Below, one piece after another: positions 19,421-23,971 of a DNA stretch of 23,971 bases. The stretch lies in the NCBI GenBank assembly GCA_052168235.1, contig JBQLZK010000082.1, positions 1-23,971 on the forward strand. Reading direction: 5' to 3'. The position numbers were made by a program, and so were the translations under genes. This DNA comes from Thainema sp. Its GTDB lineage: Bacteria; Cyanobacteriota; Cyanobacteriia; Phormidesmidales; Phormidesmidaceae. Below the pieces are notes generated by a model that was not told the origin of the DNA, did no database searches, and saw only the letters and a program-made list of their open reading frames with translations. Numbering within the stretch: the stretch's first letter is position 1; each line of letters opens with the position of its first letter.

Positions 19421-21247
19421 ATGAAATCTCGTGTCTTCCGCGCTAGCCGTCAGCACTTGCTTCGGATGAGCTTAGCCATTGGCATTTGTTGCTTGCTCTT
19501 CGTGACGTTGTTGTGGAGTACTGCTGTGCGATCGCAACCGCGTTCCGTTGCTGTGGGCACGGGTGGAGCGGTCGCGAGCGTGGATGAGAGAGCGACTCAA
19601 ATTGGAATTGATATCTTACGCAAGGGTGGCAATGCCGTTGATGCTGCGATCGCAACAGCGGCGGTGCTGGGCGTTACCGATCCCTTTTCGGCGGGCATCG
19701 GCGGCGGCGGATTTATGCTGATCTACCAGCCTGACCGTGACAGGGTTATTACCCTAGATGGTCGAGAAGAAGCGCCTGCGGCAGTGGCTCCAGATCTGTT
19801 TCGCGATCTAGAGAGTCCCACAGGGGAAGCGCTGCCTTTCTTCCCCAATCGAGTCACCAGCGGGCTGGCCGTTGGCGTTCCTGGCACACCCCTCAATTGG
19901 GCCACTGCGCTCAGTCGCTATGGAACTCAATCTTTAGCTACCGTGTTACAACCCGCCATTGACTTAGCCGAAGCTGGCTTTACGGTGGATGAAACCTTTG
20001 CCAGCCAAATTCGCGCCAATCAGGAACGCTTTGCGGCGTTTACCAGTACACAGCAGCTTTATTTACCCAACGATGAGGTGCCAACCGTTGGTAGTGTTTT
20101 TCGGAACCCGGATCTCGCGCAGACTTACCGTCGTTTAGCAGAGGACGGTGTCAATGTATTTTATCGGGGGGAAATTGGCCAAGCGATTGCCCAAACGGTA
20201 CAGGCACCTCCCATCGTGGCCAACCCACCCTTTCCCGTTTGGCCCGGCTACCTGAGCGAATCCGATCTAGATCGCTATCAGGTGCGGGTGCGGCCTGCCC
20301 TGGCCAGCCAATATCGCGGTTATCGCCTGTATGGCATGGGGTTACCCAGCAGTGGTGGGTTTACCGTTGCACAGACGTTGAATCTGCTGGAAGGGGATGA
20401 TTTAGGTTCGATGGAGTCTGCAACAGCCTGGCACCGAATCATTGAAGCCGAACGCTTAGCGTTTAGCGATCGCAATGCCTATCTCGGCGATCCGGAGTAT
20501 GTTGATGTGCCGTTGGCGGGGCTTCTCAGTCCAGCCTATGCAACGGCTCGTCGAGCCGCCATGCCAGAGCAGGCTCCCGCCGATGAAGCTGACTATCTGG
20601 CCAGTCCTGGCAATCCGCTGCCGTACCAACAAGACCCCAGCCCCAGTTTGACAACATTTACGGCACTCCCGCAGGTGGCTGAACCTAAAGGGCAATCCAC
20701 CACGCATCTGACGGTTGTTGATGGCAATGGCATGATAGTATCTTACACGTTCACGCTGGAATCCATTGGTGGCTCAGGGATTGTGGTACCTGGCTACGGG
20801 TTTATTCTCAACAACGAGTTGACCGACTTCGATATCGACATCCCGCATCCCAATGTGCCGGAACCAGGTAAGCGGCCCCGCAGCAGTATGGCTCCAATGC
20901 TTGTCTTTGCTCCCGATGGCAGTGCGATCGCATTTGGCTCACCGGGTGGCTCGACGATCATCACGACGGTTTTGGGTATTGCGGTCAATCTGATTGATTT
21001 TGATTTGCCGTTAGAACAGGCGATTGCTGCTCCGCGGCTGTCGCAGCGCAATAGCGGCGTGACGTGGGTTGAACCCGGTTTTGCAGAAACCACTCTTGGC
21101 CAAGCGCTACAAGCGGCAGGACATCAGTTCCAGATTACGCCCGAGATCGGTGCAGCTACAGGTGTCTATGTCGCTCCAGATCATACGCTTACTGCAGTGG
21201 CAGAACCAATCCGGCGCGGTGGCGGCAGCGCGATGACGGTACGGTAG
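19421..21247 (+). CDS. ggt: Gamma-glutamyltransferase with N-terminal signal/TM segment
   Basis: GGNAVDAAIA, GIGGGGF, DGREEAP, autocleavage site STTHLTVVD, LNNELTDF, KRPRSSMAP, GSPGGSTII. Confidence 0.93.
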   Translation: MKSRVFRASRQHLLRMSLAIGICCLLFVTLLWSTAVRSQPRSVAVGTGGAVASVDERATQIGIDILRKGGNAVDAAIATAAVLGVTDPFSAGIGGGGFMLIYQPDRDRVITLDGREEAPAAVAPDLFRDLESPTGEALPFFPNRVTSGLAVGVPGTPLNWATALSRYGTQSLATVLQPAIDLAEAGFTVDETFASQIRANQERFAAFTSTQQLYLPNDEVPTVGSVFRNPDLAQTYRRLAEDGVNVFYRGEIGQAIAQTVQAPPIVANPPFPVWPGYLSESDLDRYQVRVRPALASQYRGYRLYGMGLPSSGGFTVAQTLNLLEGDDLGSMESATAWHRIIEAERLAFSDRNAYLGDPEYVDVPLAGLLSPAYATARRAAMPEQAPADEADYLASPGNPLPYQQDPSPSLTTFTALPQVAEPKGQSTTHLTVVDGNGMIVSYTFTLESIGGSGIVVPGYGFILNNELTDFDIDIPHPNVPEPGKRPRSSMAPMLVFAPDGSAIAFGSPGGSTIITTVLGIAVNLIDFDLPLEQAIAAPRLSQRNSGVTWVEPGFAETTLGQALQAAGHQFQITPEIGAATGVYVAPDHTLTAVAEPIRRGGGSAMTVR

Positions 21248-21347
21248 ATCCCAAAGGAATGAGGATACGCTATTCCCTTGCCAAGTGAATTGATAGCGGT
21301 GCTATGGTTGAAATGCTTTTAATTCTGACTCCGGCAAGAGCAATCGG

Positions 21348-23156
21348 ATGAACGCCCCCAAAACCTACACGATTGAAGAATTCCTCGGCACAACCAACTA
21401 TCTGGGTGCCTCATTCTCTCCGGATCAGCGTAACCTGTTGGTCAGTAGCGATCGCTCCGGAATCTACAATGCCTATCGTCTCCGCATCCGTGACGGCAGC
21501 ACGATTCAGCTAACCCACTCATCCACCGATTCAATTTTTGCGATCGCATATTTCCCCACGAATGAACGCTTCATATACCAGAGCGATTGCGGTGGCAACG
21601 AACTGAGTCATATTTATGTGCAAGCACCTGACGGTACTGTAACTGATCTGACGCCCGGTGAAAACTTGAAGGCGGTGTTCCTGGGGTGGGCTAAGGATGA
21701 TCAGTCTTGGTTTATTGGGACGAATGAGCGGGATCCACGCTTTTTTGATGTCTATGAGTACAAGGCTGCGTCCTATCAGAGGCAGCTCATATATGAAAAC
21801 AATCAGGGACTGGACTTTGAAGACATCACCCCAGATCGTCGCACTATTGCCTTCGCAAAACATGACACCAACGCGAATAGCGATATTTATTTGTATGATT
21901 GCCACACTGGCCAACTCAACAATATTACGGCTCACGACGGCGATATTCATCATCGACCCGCCGGATTCAGTCCCGATGGTCAGTTCTTGTATTACCTCAC
22001 CGATCACAACAGCGAGTTTTTGTATTTGATGCGCTACAACCTAGCTAGCGGTAGCCATCAACAGCTCTTGTCGGCAGGCTGGGATATTAGCAACGTGTTT
22101 CTATCCAAGCACGGCAAATATTTGGTGCTGAGTATTAATAATGATGCCCGGACTGAACTCCGAATATATGATGCAGTCAGCCTTTCACCTGTTGAGCTAC
22201 CTCAGTTGCCCAATGCTGAAATTAGCTCGGTTGCGATCGCACAAACTGAAGATCGGATGGCGTTTTATGCCAGTAGCAGCAATATGCCTCGCGATCTCTT
22301 TGTCTACGACTTCAATGGTGACGCACCAATCCGGCTAACTCATTCGCTCAATCCCAATATCGATCCCAACGATTTAGTTGAAGGCAACGTGGTTCGTTTT
22401 GCCTCCTATGATGACTTGGAGATTCCTGGCATTCTCTATCTGCCGCATCAGGCCAGTGAATCGGTTCAAGTTCCGGCTTTAGTCTGGGTACATGGAGGGC
22501 CTGGCGGACAAAGCCGAGTGGGCTATTCTGCTCTGATTCAATATCTGGTTAATCATGGCTATGCCATTTATGCCATCAATAACCGCGGTAGTTCTGGCTA
22601 CGGCAAGACCTTCTATCACCTAGACGATCGCAAGCATGGGGAGGCGGATCTGGGCGATGTGGTAGAAAGTAAACAAATGCTGATTGAGACAGGTCTAATC
22701 CATCCTCAGCGCATTGGCATTATCGGCGGTAGCTACGGTGGCTATATGGTGCTGGCGGCGTTGGCATTCCGGCCTGAAGTATTCGATGTTGGGGTCGATA
22801 TTTTTGGCGTGTCCAATTGGATTCGGACGCTGCAAAGTATTCCGCCGTGGTGGGAGTCTCGTCGCAAAGCACTTGAATTGGAAATGGGCGATTTTGATGA
22901 TGAGGAATTTTTAAGAGCTAAGTCGCCACTGTTTCACACGGAGCATATCGTCAAACCACTGATGGTCTTGCAGGGAGCGAATGACCCGCGCGTGCTGCAA
23001 GTTGAATCGGATGAAATTGTAGAGGCGGTCAGGGCTCGTGATATCCCAGTCGAGTACATCGTCTTTGAAGACGAAGGCCACGGGTTCATGAAAAAGGAGA
23101 ACCAGGCTCGCGGCTATAAGGCCATTCTCGACTTTGTGAGAACCTATCTGAAGTAA
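21348..23156 (+). CDS. S9 family serine peptidase (acylaminoacyl-peptidase / DAP-like)
   Basis: Beta-propeller-like repeats (FSPD), VHGGP, catalytic triad motifs GGSYGG, NDPRV, DEGHGF. Confidence 0.92.
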   Translation: MNAPKTYTIEEFLGTTNYLGASFSPDQRNLLVSSDRSGIYNAYRLRIRDGSTIQLTHSSTDSIFAIAYFPTNERFIYQSDCGGNELSHIYVQAPDGTVTDLTPGENLKAVFLGWAKDDQSWFIGTNERDPRFFDVYEYKAASYQRQLIYENNQGLDFEDITPDRRTIAFAKHDTNANSDIYLYDCHTGQLNNITAHDGDIHHRPAGFSPDGQFLYYLTDHNSEFLYLMRYNLASGSHQQLLSAGWDISNVFLSKHGKYLVLSINNDARTELRIYDAVSLSPVELPQLPNAEISSVAIAQTEDRMAFYASSSNMPRDLFVYDFNGDAPIRLTHSLNPNIDPNDLVEGNVVRFASYDDLEIPGILYLPHQASESVQVPALVWVHGGPGGQSRVGYSALIQYLVNHGYAIYAINNRGSSGYGKTFYHLDDRKHGEADLGDVVESKQMLIETGLIHPQRIGIIGGSYGGYMVLAALAFRPEVFDVGVDIFGVSNWIRTLQSIPPWWESRRKALELEMGDFDDEEFLRAKSPLFHTEHIVKPLMVLQGANDPRVLQVESDEIVEAVRARDIPVEYIVFEDEGHGFMKKENQARGYKAILDFVRTYLK

Positions 23157-23335
23157 AGCAAAAGCACCCTTTGATGTTGAAGTGATGTTGAAGCCAATTG
23201 CGTCACTAAGTCAGCAATAGCAACTTATCCTCATCAGGCAGATACCAGCTTAGTATTTAGACAATCACGCTACAAAAAGCATGTTGACATTACAGTATGG
23301 TCAGCAAAAGCCCTTAGATTTCTATTAGAAAAATA

Positions 23336-23929
23336 ATGTCTTGTAATACCTTAGCGCGGAGCATCTCCGTGGCAGCTTTTGGTGCCATAGGAACGCTTGT
23401 TCCCGGCGAAGCCATCGCAGCCACATTTACCAGCAAAATTGATGTCGTTGGCTTGACCGTTCAGGATATTCAGCTCGGTTTTGAGTCCGGCCTGTTTTCA
23501 TCCGCTGATCTAACCGAGTCTTTTCTTGCTCGAATCGAGACCTACGAACCGACCTATAATGCTTTTACAGCCTTTAACCCAGATGCGATCGCAACAGCTC
23601 AGCTTCTGGATCTGGAGTATCAAACCAGTGGCCCCCGCTCTCCTCTACATGGGGTACCAATTGTCATCAAAGATGCGGTCGATATTGCAGGGTTTCCCAC
23701 AACGGCTGGCTACTCCGGCTTTATCAGCGAAGCAGGCGGAGTTGACTTGATCCCCGAAACGAGTGCGCCAATCGTCACCTCTCTCATAGAAGCAGGAGCC
23801 GTCATTCTGGGTAAAACCAACCTGCCTGAATTCTCAGCAGACGGGACTCGGGCCAATAGTAGCTACTTCGGGCCAACGTACAACGCTTACGACATCACCC
23901 TTGCACCCGGTGCAAGTCTAATCCTGTAG
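23336..23929 (+). pseudogene. Amidase signature-family protein with signal-peptide-like N-terminus, interrupted at ~23918
   Basis: RSPLHGVPIVIKD (catalytic Lys), GAVILGKTNLPEF, TYNAYDITLAPGAS. The expected S-S-G-G continuation is absent in all three forward frames and the frame stops at 23929. Confidence 0.7.
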
Positions 23930-23971
23930 GGGTTTGGAAACGGCTGCAGCGCCCTGTTTAACAAAGAAGAA

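Noticed and set aside
23900..23916. CTTGCACC/GGTGCAAG matches the inner 8 bp of the 17265 MITE TIRs
   Set aside because: It encodes in-frame LAPGAS of the amidase motif; likely coincidence rather than a MITE scar

Overview
Bacterial genomic DNA of about 50-55% GC, almost certainly cyanobacterial: roughly 29 copies of the HIP1 octamer GCGATCGC were counted by eye. The centre (5610-17221) is a divergent eight-gene cluster that reads as an N-methylated-glycine (glycine betaine) uptake and demethylation pathway. The minus arm is BCCT transporter > monomeric sarcosine oxidase-like gene > GntR/UTRA regulator. The plus arm is Rieske monooxygenase > dimethylglycine oxidase > DMT/EamA transporter > short MTHFR > L-serine ammonia-lyase. 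The shared intergenic region holds two divergent NtcA-type promoters (GTN10AC-N22-TAN3T) interleaved with four ACTTGTAATTACAAGT-type operators, which suggests betaine is used as a nitrogen source. No partner reductase for the Rieske enzyme is present. Flanking genes are a DszC/SfnB-like flavin monooxygenase, a SARP/BTAD-AAA-TPR regulator split by a 1-bp frameshift plus a tandem DUF4242-like gene, an MscS-cNMP channel, gamma-glutamyltransferase, an S9 peptidase, and a probably exported amidase interrupted near the window end. Three ~100-bp palindromic MITE-like elements and an IS3-like terminus lie in intergenic spaces. All calls come from motif recognition by eye; no database searches were run.
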